Shown piece after piece: positions 9,630-16,985 of a stretch of 32,000 nucleotides of DNA. This stretch comes from Segnochrobactrum spirostomi. Its GTDB lineage: Bacteria > Pseudomonadota > Alphaproteobacteria > Rhizobiales > Segnochrobactraceae. The position numbers and the translations under genes are program-made. Where the stretch lies: positions 1,434,490-1,466,489 of the forward strand of contig NZ_VWNA01000001.1 in assembly GCF_009600605.1 (NCBI RefSeq), given 5' to 3'. Every line of letters begins with the position of its first letter. Positions within the stretch are counted from its first letter, which is position 1. The notes below the pieces were generated by a model. The model was not told where the DNA came from. It ran no database searches and worked only from the letters and a program-made list of their open reading frames with translations.

Positions 9630-10736
9630 TCAATTGGGCTGATCCATGGAGCGTGCGGCGTCGTCGATGCGGCCGGCCGCCACATCGTCGCCCGGGAACG
9701 CCGCTTTCGCCAGCGCCGCCGCCGATTTGGCCTGTGCCGTATCGCCGAGGACCGCGTAGGAGCGGATCAGGCGGAGCCATTCGTCGATCGTGCCGCCCTG
9801 CGTCTTCAAGCGCTGATCGAGGCCCGCCACCATCTGCTCGATCATCGCCCGGCGTTCGGCCGGCGGCATCGCCGCGATGGGTTCGCCGCCGGCGGGCACG
9901 CCCGCGTCGGCAGCCCCCGCCGGTGCCGGCTGGCCGGTCAGCTTGGCGAGTTGGGCCCGCGCCACCTTGGCCCAGGGTTCGTCACCCCGCGCATCCTTGA
10001 GGAGCTCTCGCCACGCCGTGATCGCCTCGCCGTTGCGGCCGGATTGGGTGAGGCCGAGGGCGATGTAGAAGCGCGGCTTGACCGCCGACGGATCGCCGGT
10101 CGCGGCGGACTGGAACGCATCCCACGCCCGGCGTGTCACGATGCCGCCGGCGACGGCGGTGAGGCTCTCGCCGAGCCCCGCCTCGAGCACCGGGTCCTCG
10201 CCTTCGAGGCGAATCGCATTGCGGTAGGCTTCCGCCGCGTCCTGGGCGCGCCCGAGCTGAAGATAGATCGGCGCCACCACCCGCCAGCCGCGCGCATCGT
10301 CCGGATCGGCCGCGAGACGCTTCTCGACCTGGGCCAGCAAGCCGGAGAGATCGTTGGGGAAGCTCATCGCCCGCTCGTCGAGCGGCGCATCGGAAAGGGC
10401 TGGCCGGCCCTGAAACCAATAGAGCGCGGCGGCGGCGCCCGGCACGAAGAGAACGACCGCGATCATCGCCGCGCGCCGACGCCAGACGCGGACGGCGAGC
10501 GCCTGCCGCTCGCGGTTCGCGGCCCGCAGCAGGCGGCGCCCGACCTCGGCCCGCGCCGCCTCGGCGTCGGCGGGCGAAAGGACGCCGCGCATGATCTCGC
10601 GCTCGAGCTCGAAAAGCTGAAGGCGGTAGACCGAGACGTCGGCCGCGTCTCCGGATTTTTCGTCGGCGCGCGCGAGCGGCACCAGCACTGCGAGCACCGC
10701 CGCCGCGGTCATAATGGCGAAGATGGCCCAGATCAC
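9630..10736 (-). CDS. ccmI: Cytochrome c-type biogenesis protein CcmI/CycH (TPR-containing)
   Basis: 368 aa with a GTG start. Two N-terminal TM segments (MIWAIFAIMTAAAVLAVLV, AAMIAVVLFVPGAAAALYW) followed by a TPR-like helical periplasmic part. Sits directly upstream of ccmEFH, as cycH does in Rhizobiales. Confidence 0.85.
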   Translation of the reverse strand: MIWAIFAIMTAAAVLAVLVPLARADEKSGDAADVSVYRLQLFELEREIMRGVLSPADAEAARAEVGRRLLRAANRERQALAVRVWRRRAAMIAVVLFVPGAAAALYWFQGRPALSDAPLDERAMSFPNDLSGLLAQVEKRLAADPDDARGWRVVAPIYLQLGRAQDAAEAYRNAIRLEGEDPVLEAGLGESLTAVAGGIVTRRAWDAFQSAATGDPSAVKPRFYIALGLTQSGRNGEAITAWRELLKDARGDEPWAKVARAQLAKLTGQPAPAGAADAGVPAGGEPIAAMPPAERRAMIEQMVAGLDQRLKTQGGTIDEWLRLIRSYAVLGDTAQAKSAAALAKAAFPGDDVAAGRIDDAARSMDQPN

Positions 10737-10758
10737 ACGAGGTCTGCCGAATTAAGCC

Positions 10759-10804
10759 CGTATCGATACGTCTCGGACGACCTGGGAAGCTCGACCATCC
10801 CAGG
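10759..10804. repeat. 12-bp perfect palindrome CGTATCGATACG (10759-10770) plus a 7-bp-stem hairpin cctggga/tcccagg (10781-10804) in the ccmI leader
   Basis: Read directly from the sequence. Located 23-68 nt upstream of the ccmI GTG (10736). No U-tract follows. Function is unknown. Confidence 0.3.
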
Positions 10805-10935
10805 TGCGAAGACGACGCGGACCGGAGCGGCCGCGTGTCGTTCCGGTCAGGATGTCACGTCCGCGTACCTTCGCGCTAGAGCTAGGCGCGAAAGGATTTC
10901 GTGAAGCTGTCGCGCCTGGGAAGACGGCAGATCGT

Positions 10936-11400
10936 TCAGGCGAGCGGTTGCCAGGTGCCGTCCGGCTGCCGGCAGGCTGTGCCCTTGATCTCCTGGGTCT
11001 GGTCCTCGACCGTCATCGTATGCCGGTAATCGCGGCATTCCTGGTTGTTGACCACGTAGGTCGGCCCGGGAACGACCGACCCGTGAGCGCCCGTATCGGG
11101 GTTGTTCCAGGTCACGGGGGCGCCGGTGCGCGACAGTTCGAGCGCGTCGATTTGCGCCTTCGCCGCGGCGATCCGATCGTTGGCGTCCATCGCGCCGAGC
11201 ACGTTGGCGGGGATGTCCAGCCCGCTCAGCACCTGATCGGCCATCTTCTTGTCCTGCGCCGCGCGCGCAGAGTCCGACGGCTTCGGCGTCGCGAAACCCG
11301 GAATGGAGGCACTGACGCTCGACAGATTGCAGCCGCCGAGCAAAATGCTCGCCGACAGGGCGATCATCGCGGGGCTGACGAACTGTCCATGCGCCGCCAC
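10936..11400 (-). CDS. Small lipoprotein, surface-antigen-like (C-terminal Cys pair domain)
   Basis: 154 aa; GTG start preceded by GGAGG at 5 nt. Lipobox SILLGGC. C-terminal motif NNQECRDYRHTMTVEDQTQEIKGTACRQPDGTWQPL resembles the small alphaproteobacterial surface-antigen lipoproteins. That family assignment is from memory only. Confidence 0.65.
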   Translation of the reverse strand: MAAHGQFVSPAMIALSASILLGGCNLSSVSASIPGFATPKPSDSARAAQDKKMADQVLSGLDIPANVLGAMDANDRIAAAKAQIDALELSRTGAPVTWNNPDTGAHGSVVPGPTYVVNNQECRDYRHTMTVEDQTQEIKGTACRQPDGTWQPLA

Positions 11401-11418
11401 GGCGGCCTCCGTCGCTTG

Positions 11419-11462
11419 CGCTCTTGCAGCGCAGCAAGAGCGTGACTCAAAAAGAAATAATG
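11419..11462. promoter_or_regulatory. 9-bp-stem hairpin (cgctcttgc / gcaagagcg, loop agcgca) next to the most AT-rich patch of the window, in the leader of the lipoprotein gene
   Basis: Stem 11419-11427 / 11434-11442 lies 9 nt upstream of the GGAGG of the lipoprotein gene. The adjacent ctcaaaaagaaataat (11446-11461) is unusual in this GC-rich DNA. On the minus strand the T-run precedes the hairpin, so this is not a canonical terminator. It may be a promoter or 5' UTR element. Confidence 0.25.
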
Positions 11463-11570
11463 GCGATCCGCACCGGCAGGGATGATAGCGCGAGGCGGTC
11501 GTCGCATGTCACGTGATCGCGGCGGAAATAGGAATTGCCTCGCCGAGTGTGGGGAATGCGTCACACCGCG

Positions 11571-12995
11571 TTAGACGCCGGGCAGCGTCAGATCGGCCCG
11601 CAGCCCACCCGCCGGAGACGCCGCCAGGCTGATCCGGCCGCCATAGACGCGGGCGAGATCGTTGACGATCGCGAGCCCGAGCCCGGAGCCCGGCACCGTC
11701 TCATCGAGCCGTTTGCCGCGCTCCAGAACGGCGCTGCGCTGGGCCGGAAGGAGGCCGGGCCCGTCGTCGTCGACGATGAAATGCAGCATCCGCCGATCGC
11801 CCGGCGCGGCGACCAAGTCGCAGGTGACCGTGACCGAACGGCGCGCCCACTTGCAGGCATTGTCCATCAGGTTGCCGAGCATCTCGTCGAGATCCTGCCG
11901 CTCGCCACGAAAGCGCGCATTGGCCGGATAATGCACCGAGACCGTCAGCCCCTTCGCCTCGTGGATCTTGCGCATCGCCCGGGCGAGGCCCTCCGTCACC
12001 GGCCCGATCTCCGTCGCGACGCCGATGATGCGACGCTGCGCCGCGACCCGCGCCCGGTCGAGATCCTCCTGGAGGCGGCTCTGCATCGCCTCGGTCTGCT
12101 CGACGATCTTCGCCGCGATCGGCGCGTCCGACGAGCGCGCCTCGTTGAGGATCACGCTGAGCGGCGTCTTCAGGGCGTGGGCGAGGTTGCCGACATGGGT
12201 ACGGGCCCGCTCCACGATCTCCCCGTTCGATTCGATGAGGGCGTTGAGCTCCTCGACCACCGGCGCGATTTCACGTGGGAAGACGCCCTCGAGGCGCGTG
12301 GCGTCGCCGGAGCGGATGGCATAGAGAGCCTTCCGCATCCGTTCGAGCGGCCGCAGGCCGACCCGCACCTGGAGCGCGATCGTCAAGACGAGGCCGAGCC
12401 CGAACACCGCCAGCGTCATCGCCACCCGGCTGCCGAAGGTCGCGACATCGCGGGCGACCTCCCCGGCGTCGCCGGCGACCGCGACGGAATAGCGCGAGCC
12501 GTCGGCGAGGGTGATCTGGCGCTCGACATAGCGCAGCGCCTCGCCGTCGGGGCCGGTGATGGCGCCGCGCCGGATGAACGCGCCGTCCTCGGTGCGCGGC
12601 GGAATGGCGATGGCGTCGCCGGCGAGCGAGGGAGAGGACAGCGCCACGACCCCGCTCTTGAGGCTGCGCACCAGCCAATACCAGCCCGAGAGCGGGAGCC
12701 CGAACCGGGGATCGCCGAGATCGCCGGGCTCCCGCAGCGTGTTGTTCGAACCGTCGCCCGCCACCGCGCCGGCGACCAGCGTCTTCAGATAAACGTCGAG
12801 CCGCTCGTCGAAGCTGCGCTCGACCGATTGCCGATAGAGCGCGACGAGGATCACGCCCGCCGCGGCGAGCGCAATTGCGCTCCAGACGGTCGAGGTGAAG
12901 AAGAGGCGCAGCGCGAGCGAGGTCGAACGCTTCGGATGGGGGCGGCCTCGCTCATCGCCCGGAATCCGCGTCACCGGAGCAACGGGCGGCCGCAC
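11571..12995 (-). CDS. Membrane sensor histidine kinase
   Basis: 474 aa with two TM segments (LALRLFFTSTVWSAIALAAAGVILVAL, AMTLAVFGLGLVLTIALQV). H-box VGNLAHALKTPLS; N box LGNLMDNACKWA; G boxes DDDGPGL and GSGLGLAIV. The track start is GTG 12995 with no convincing SD, so the exact start is uncertain. Confidence 0.88.
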   Translation of the reverse strand: MRPPVAPVTRIPGDERGRPHPKRSTSLALRLFFTSTVWSAIALAAAGVILVALYRQSVERSFDERLDVYLKTLVAGAVAGDGSNNTLREPGDLGDPRFGLPLSGWYWLVRSLKSGVVALSSPSLAGDAIAIPPRTEDGAFIRRGAITGPDGEALRYVERQITLADGSRYSVAVAGDAGEVARDVATFGSRVAMTLAVFGLGLVLTIALQVRVGLRPLERMRKALYAIRSGDATRLEGVFPREIAPVVEELNALIESNGEIVERARTHVGNLAHALKTPLSVILNEARSSDAPIAAKIVEQTEAMQSRLQEDLDRARVAAQRRIIGVATEIGPVTEGLARAMRKIHEAKGLTVSVHYPANARFRGERQDLDEMLGNLMDNACKWARRSVTVTCDLVAAPGDRRMLHFIVDDDGPGLLPAQRSAVLERGKRLDETVPGSGLGLAIVNDLARVYGGRISLAASPAGGLRADLTLPGV

Positions 12996-13022
12996 TGCGG
13001 GTTGCGGACGTCATGGCGGCGC

Positions 13023-13685
13023 TCACGCCGGATCCGCGAGCCGGTAGCCGAGCCCGCGGACGGTCTCGATCACGTCGCTCGCGAGCTTCTTGCGCAGGCG
13101 CCCGATGAACACCTCGATGGTGTTGGAATCCCGGTCGAAGTCCTGATCGTAGAGGTGCTCGATGATCTCCGAGCGCGACACGATGCGCCCGCGATGATGC
13201 ATGAGGTACGCGAGCAGGCGGTATTCGTGGGAGGTGAGCTTCACCGGCTGACCGCTGACGGTGACCTTGCCGGCGCGCGTGTCGAGGCTGACCGGCCCGC
13301 ACACGAGCTCGTTCGTGGCGTGCCCGCCCGCACGGCGGACCAGCGCGCGCAGGCGCGCCAGCACCTCCTCGATGTGAAACGGCTTGGCGACATAATCGTC
13401 GGCGCCCGCGTCGATGCCGGCGACCTTGTCGCTCCAGCGGTCGCGCGCGGTCAGAATGAGCACGGGCATGGTGCGCCCGGCCCGCCGCCAGCGCTCCAGC
13501 ACGCTGAGGCCGTCCAGCTTCGGCAGGCCGATATCGAGCACCACGGCGTCGTAGGGCTCGCTATCGCCGAGAAAATGGCCTTCCTCGCCGTCGAAGGCGG
13601 TGTCGACCGCATAGCCGGCCTCGCGCAGCGCGCTGGCGAGCTGCCGATTGAGATCGTGGTCGTCCTCGACTACCAGCGCCCGCAC
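13023..13685 (-). CDS. OmpR/PhoB-family response regulator
   Basis: 220 aa; GTG start preceded by GAGGAGG at 6 nt. Receiver domain (MRALVVEDDHD, VVLDIGLPKLDG, VAKPF) plus winged helix (EYRLLAYLMHHRGRIVSRSEIIEHLYDQDFDRDSNTIEVFIGRLRKKL, ETVRGLGYRL). Confidence 0.93.
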   Translation of the reverse strand: MRALVVEDDHDLNRQLASALREAGYAVDTAFDGEEGHFLGDSEPYDAVVLDIGLPKLDGLSVLERWRRAGRTMPVLILTARDRWSDKVAGIDAGADDYVAKPFHIEEVLARLRALVRRAGGHATNELVCGPVSLDTRAGKVTVSGQPVKLTSHEYRLLAYLMHHRGRIVSRSEIIEHLYDQDFDRDSNTIEVFIGRLRKKLASDVIETVRGLGYRLADPA

Positions 13686-13727
13686 GCGCGGCCTCCTCGT
13701 CCTCGTAGCCCAAAGAGTGGCGCCCGC

Positions 13728-14012
13728 TCAGCGCCCGGCCAGCGCCCCCGTCTTGGCGTCGATCAGGAGGCGCACAACCTCGCCGGTCGATTTCAGCACG
13801 GTCGCCTCGTAGACGAGCTTGCCCTTCACCTCGCAGAGCGTGAGGTCGAGCAATTCCCCGTTCACGACCTTCCGCACCGTGTTCGGCCGCACGACCGCCC
13901 CGGATTGGATCGCGGCCCGCTGGGCGGCGGCGTCGAGGCATGCCGCATGAGCCTCGCCGAATCCGGCGAAGACCATCAGCAGACAGAGAAGTGTGGCTTT
14001 GCCGTGAAACAT
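13728..14012 (-). CDS. Secreted PepSY-domain protein, first gene of the PepSY-RR-HK operon
   Basis: 94 aa with signal peptide MFHGKATLLCLLMVFAGFGEAHA. Short beta-rich PepSY-like domain (GELLDLTLCEVKGKLVYEATVLKSTGEVVRLLIDAKTG). This small-protein-plus-OmpR-type-TCS arrangement is common. Confidence 0.7.
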   Translation of the reverse strand: MFHGKATLLCLLMVFAGFGEAHAACLDAAAQRAAIQSGAVVRPNTVRKVVNGELLDLTLCEVKGKLVYEATVLKSTGEVVRLLIDAKTGALAGR

Positions 14013-14075
14013 GCGGCCGATCTAGCCCGCGTGCGCTGAACCCAATCTGAATGAGGCGGTTCCATGGCGGCGAAG

Positions 14076-14345
14076 TCAACCCGAGCCGATGCCGCGCGCG
14101 CTCACGACCCGGCGCGCGGCGATCCGTCCCCAGATCGCGATCGCCCCGCCGATTGCCGCGCCGAGCGAGGAGGCGACGCCGATCACCTCAGCCTGCGCCG
14201 GCGCGTCGAGGCCGAGCGCCGGCCCGAGCAGCGGCAACAGAGCCGCCAGGATCGCCAGCACGCCGCCCCACACGCCCTTCGAGGCGAACGGCGATTTGCC
14301 GCCGCTCAGCATCGCCTCGTCACCCACGTCTCCGCCATTCGTCAT
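14076..14345 (-). CDS. Holin-like small membrane protein (two TM segments, basic C-terminus)
   Basis: Last 89 codons of track ORF 14076..14873, whose upstream part is Arg-rich read-through inside the endolysin gene. ATG 14345..14343 overlaps the endolysin stop (ATGA). TM segments VWGGVLAILAALLPLLGPAL and VIGVASSLGAAIGGAIAIWG, then a tail RIAARRVVSARG. The function is inferred from topology and position only. Confidence 0.5.
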   Translation of the reverse strand: MTNGGDVGDEAMLSGGKSPFASKGVWGGVLAILAALLPLLGPALGLDAPAQAEVIGVASSLGAAIGGAIAIWGRIAARRVVSARGIGSG

Positions 14346-14986
14346 CGTGGATTTCCCCCTGGATTCGGTCGGGACGGCGGCGCAAAACCCGCCGCGTGCA
14401 AGGCGTGCAGAAAGGCCCGGGCATGGGACGCGATCAGCGCGGCCTGGTCGGTCCCGTTGACGACCCGCCGCGCGCCGACCCAGTCGCAGCGCCCCTCGGC
14501 GAGATAATCGCCAAGGCGGCGCCCGGTGAACCAGCCGCCTTCCAGCCCGCGCACCAGGATGCGCCCGGCGACGGCCGGCTTCAGGGCGCGATCGGGCTCC
14601 GATTCGAGATCGATCCCGAGCCGGCGGCCGACCGCGCGATAGTTCGCCCGGCCGGTGATCTGGACATATCCCCGCCCGCGATAGAGATAACCGTCTCCCG
14701 CCGCGATGTTGCCGAGGTCGCGCCGTCCCTCGTAGCGCCGGAAATAGGCGCGAGACCCGTGCTCCGCGATCGGCTCCAGGGTCGCCGCGCTCTCGTGGAA
14801 GGCGGTCGCGAGGCCATAGGCGAGCCAGGCCCGGGCGAGGGCCGCCGAGGGCGCCGCGGTCTCCGCCGTCCACATCCCGACGATCGCGACAAGCCCGGCG
14901 CGCTGGCGGGAATCGGGCCGACGGGCGAACGGGGCCGGCACGACCGCATCGAAAAATGCGGCCTCGTTCATCGTGCCCTCGTTCAT
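14342..14986 (-). CDS. Glycoside hydrolase family 19-type endolysin
   Basis: Track ORF 14342..15001 begins at GTG 15001. In-frame ATGs at 14986 and 14971 each have their own GAGG, and 14986 is chosen provisionally. GH19 signatures: AFHESAATLEPIAE (catalytic Glu contexts) and YLYRGRGYVQITGRANY. Confidence 0.85.
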   Translation of the reverse strand: MNEGTMNEAAFFDAVVPAPFARRPDSRQRAGLVAIVGMWTAETAAPSAALARAWLAYGLATAFHESAATLEPIAEHGSRAYFRRYEGRRDLGNIAAGDGYLYRGRGYVQITGRANYRAVGRRLGIDLESEPDRALKPAVAGRILVRGLEGGWFTGRRLGDYLAEGRCDWVGARRVVNGTDQAALIASHARAFLHALHAAGFAPPSRPNPGGNPR

Positions 14987-15000
14987 CGTGCCCTCGTTCA
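14962..15000 (-). repeat. 15-bp tandem repeat, 2.6 copies (minus-strand unit TGAACGAGGGCACGA), at the 5' end of the endolysin gene
   Basis: Minus strand reads GTG AAC GAG GGC ACG ATG AAC GAG GGC ACG ATG AAC GAG GCC, encoding (M)NEGT-MNEGT-MNE. Each unit carries a GAGG Shine-Dalgarno-like core plus a start codon. Confidence 0.95.
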
Positions 15001-15011
15001 CGGGCGCGGCC

Positions 15012-16523
15012 TCAATAGGTCTCGATCACGGCGGCGCCGAGCGCCCGCTTGGCGCCGCGCAACGGCTCCATCCCGCGCGTGCGGATCGCGGCCGTCCCCT
15101 CCGCCTGGAGGAAGATGCGACCGGCGCCCTCCCACGGCAGCGGGCAACGGTCGAGCCAGAGCTGCGCGCTGTTCTCCGCCCGGAATTCCGAGGGCGGCGC
15201 AGTGCCGCCGTTCACGATGTCGCCGAGGCTGTCGGCCGAGGCGGTGCCGATGCAGGCGAGGCGCGAGGCGCCGATGATGTGCACGCCCGCCCCGCGGCAC
15301 CGCCCATAGATCCCCGCGAGGTCGAGGGCGACGATGTCCTCGTGCACCGTCCACGTATTGTTGGAAGTCGAGGCGCCACGCCCGTTGTCGAAGCCCGAGC
15401 AGTGCAACGCGACCGCCCGCAGCGCGGCGCCGGAATAGGAATTGTGGATGTTGAAGCCGTCCTTGGTCGCCTTCGAGGCATCGCAATCGGCGAAGAAGAC
15501 GAGCCCCGCCTTCGATTGGATCGCGACATTGTCGGCCGGGTTCGCCGCGGTTCCGGCATAGCGGAAGGTGGCGCCGGCCGCCGTCACGATGCCGGGCGTC
15601 GCCCACGCCGCCGTATAATTGAGGACGAGCGCGCCCTGGTAGCCGCCCTCGAGATCGAAGCCGTCGCCCGCGCTCTCCCCGAGAAAGGCGAAGTTCTTCT
15701 GCGTACTGCCGCGGTGGGCGAAGTTGTCCACGTTCGAAAGGTAGGCCCGGGTGTTGGCGTCGCTCACGGCCACCGCATCGGCGCGGTGGACATAGAGCGT
15801 GCTGCCGACGAGCGCCCAGGTTCCCGGGTGGGCGTTGCAGGTCGCGGCATCGGCTACCTGACTGAGTTCTGTGTAGTGGCCGAAGCCGTCGAGGGCGACG
15901 AGGTCGAACACCCGGCCGGTGTTCGAGCGTGTGGCGGTGAAACAATTGCCGTAGGTCGCATCCCGCGCCCAGGTGAGACTGTCGAAGGGGCCGGTCACCA
16001 CCCGCCCGCCATAGGCGACGAAGACCATGTCCTGCTGCGGGCTGACGGCGTTCGAGTTGGAGAAGCCACGCGGCCGCTCGTAGGTGCCGGCCTTGATCTT
16101 GACGATCGCCGGGGTGCCAGCGGCGTTCGCGGCGCTGATCGCCTTGTGGATGGACAGGAACGGCGCCGCCGCGGTCGTTCCCGCGTTGGCGTCGCTGCCG
16201 GCCGCCCGATCGACCCAATAGACCGGCCAGCCGGCATAAGGCGAGCGCGTCGCGAAGGCCGCGGCAGGGCTCGCCGCGGTCCGGCACACGGCGGGGCCTC
16301 CGGGCCGGCGGAACAGCACGAGGTCCGTCAGATCGAGCACGGAATGGTCCCATCCGAGCCCCGCGGGCAGCGTGACGCTCTCGCCCTCGAGGCCGCGGAG
16401 CGTGTCCGCCGCGAGCGCGACCGGCGCCGCGCCGGCGAGGGCGGGCAGGATCTCGGTCCCGTCGAGAATCGACCGCAGCGGCATGTCGGCGCGGTTGCCG
16501 AGTTCCAGGATCGAACCGGTCAT
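15012..16523 (-). CDS. Right-handed parallel beta-helix (pectate-lyase fold) protein; putative spike or fibre, possibly a polysaccharide depolymerase
   Basis: Track ORF 15012..16751 has 76 Arg-rich leading residues. Start set at ATG 16523, preceded by GAGGTGACC. The N-terminal module is followed by the classic beta-helix entry motif SDANAGTTAAAPFLSIHKAISAANAAGTPAIVKIKAGTY. Repeated coil signatures follow (GDGFDLEG, KDGFNIHN, NNTWTVHED). 503 aa. Confidence 0.7.
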   Translation of the reverse strand: MTGSILELGNRADMPLRSILDGTEILPALAGAAPVALAADTLRGLEGESVTLPAGLGWDHSVLDLTDLVLFRRPGGPAVCRTAASPAAAFATRSPYAGWPVYWVDRAAGSDANAGTTAAAPFLSIHKAISAANAAGTPAIVKIKAGTYERPRGFSNSNAVSPQQDMVFVAYGGRVVTGPFDSLTWARDATYGNCFTATRSNTGRVFDLVALDGFGHYTELSQVADAATCNAHPGTWALVGSTLYVHRADAVAVSDANTRAYLSNVDNFAHRGSTQKNFAFLGESAGDGFDLEGGYQGALVLNYTAAWATPGIVTAAGATFRYAGTAANPADNVAIQSKAGLVFFADCDASKATKDGFNIHNSYSGAALRAVALHCSGFDNGRGASTSNNTWTVHEDIVALDLAGIYGRCRGAGVHIIGASRLACIGTASADSLGDIVNGGTAPPSEFRAENSAQLWLDRCPLPWEGAGRIFLQAEGTAAIRTRGMEPLRGAKRALGAAVIETY

Positions 16524-16525
16524 GG

Positions 16526-16648
16526 TCACCTCATGACGAGGGGCACGCCGCCGATGGCAAGGCGCCGCCCGGTGAGACAGAGCGAAAAGGGAGCGATCGG
16601 CACGGGCGTCGGCATCAGCCCGACGCCGAGCCCGAGCGAGACAATCAT
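16526..16648 (-). CDS. 40-codon hydrophobic micro-ORF between the spike-base and beta-helix genes
   Basis: MIVSLGLGVGLMPTPVPIAPFSLCLTGRRLAIGGVPLVMR. ATG 16648 is preceded by GGGAGG at 5 nt. Its stop (ATG AGG TGA CC ATG) lies inside the SD of the next gene, 2 nt before that gene's ATG, a termination-reinitiation geometry. No known family; it could be a non-coding spacer. Confidence 0.3.
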   Translation of the reverse strand: MIVSLGLGVGLMPTPVPIAPFSLCLTGRRLAIGGVPLVMR

Positions 16649-16662
16649 GGTCGCCTCCCGCC

Positions 16663-16929
16663 TCAGACGAGGCCGACGAGGTCGGACGCCGTCGAGGCGG
16701 TGCGGACCGCCGCGGCGCGGATCGGCAGCACGGTGCCCGCCGGCACCGCACGGAAGGTCGTCACCGCCCCCGTCGCATCGACGGCGACGACGTCGCCGCC
16801 GCCGCCGACATAAAGGCCGCGCACGAGCTCCGGCAGATCGGCGCCGTCGCTCGGAGCGATGGCGAAGAAGCGGGTCGCCGGCCCATGCGCGCTCGGCGCA
16901 TGGGTAGCGAAGCGATCCGATGCGGACAT
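16663..16929 (-). CDS. Small phage-particle protein resembling the RcGTA head-spike base protein (Rcc01079 family)
   Basis: Last 88 codons of track ORF 16663..17490. ATG 16929 is preceded by AGGAGGG. Sequence MSASDRFATHAPSAHGPATRFFAIAPSDGADLPELVRGLYVGGGGDVVAVDATGAVTTFRAVPAGTVLPIRAAAVRTASTASDLVGLV. Its size and the pattern FAI.PSD..DLP...R.LYVG..GDV.V......VTF..V.AG..LPIR match my recollection of that family. This needs an HMM check. Confidence 0.55.
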   Translation of the reverse strand: MSASDRFATHAPSAHGPATRFFAIAPSDGADLPELVRGLYVGGGGDVVAVDATGAVTTFRAVPAGTVLPIRAAAVRTASTASDLVGLV

Positions 16930-16985
16930 CGAACCCTCCTGGCTGGAATGAAAGGGGATGAGGGGCCGACTGTCGGGAACCGGCG

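Noticed and set aside
15012-16751. N-terminal extensions of several track ORFs (3951..4844, 14076..14873, 15012..16751, 16663..17490, 16986..18023, 25203..26009, 25939..27981, 26538..28475, 27869..28609)
   Set aside because: The upstream parts run through the preceding gene in another frame and are Arg/Pro-rich. Internal ATGs with good SDs coincide with upstream stops (often ATGA overlaps) and with family-typical N-termini. The shorter coordinates were therefore used.
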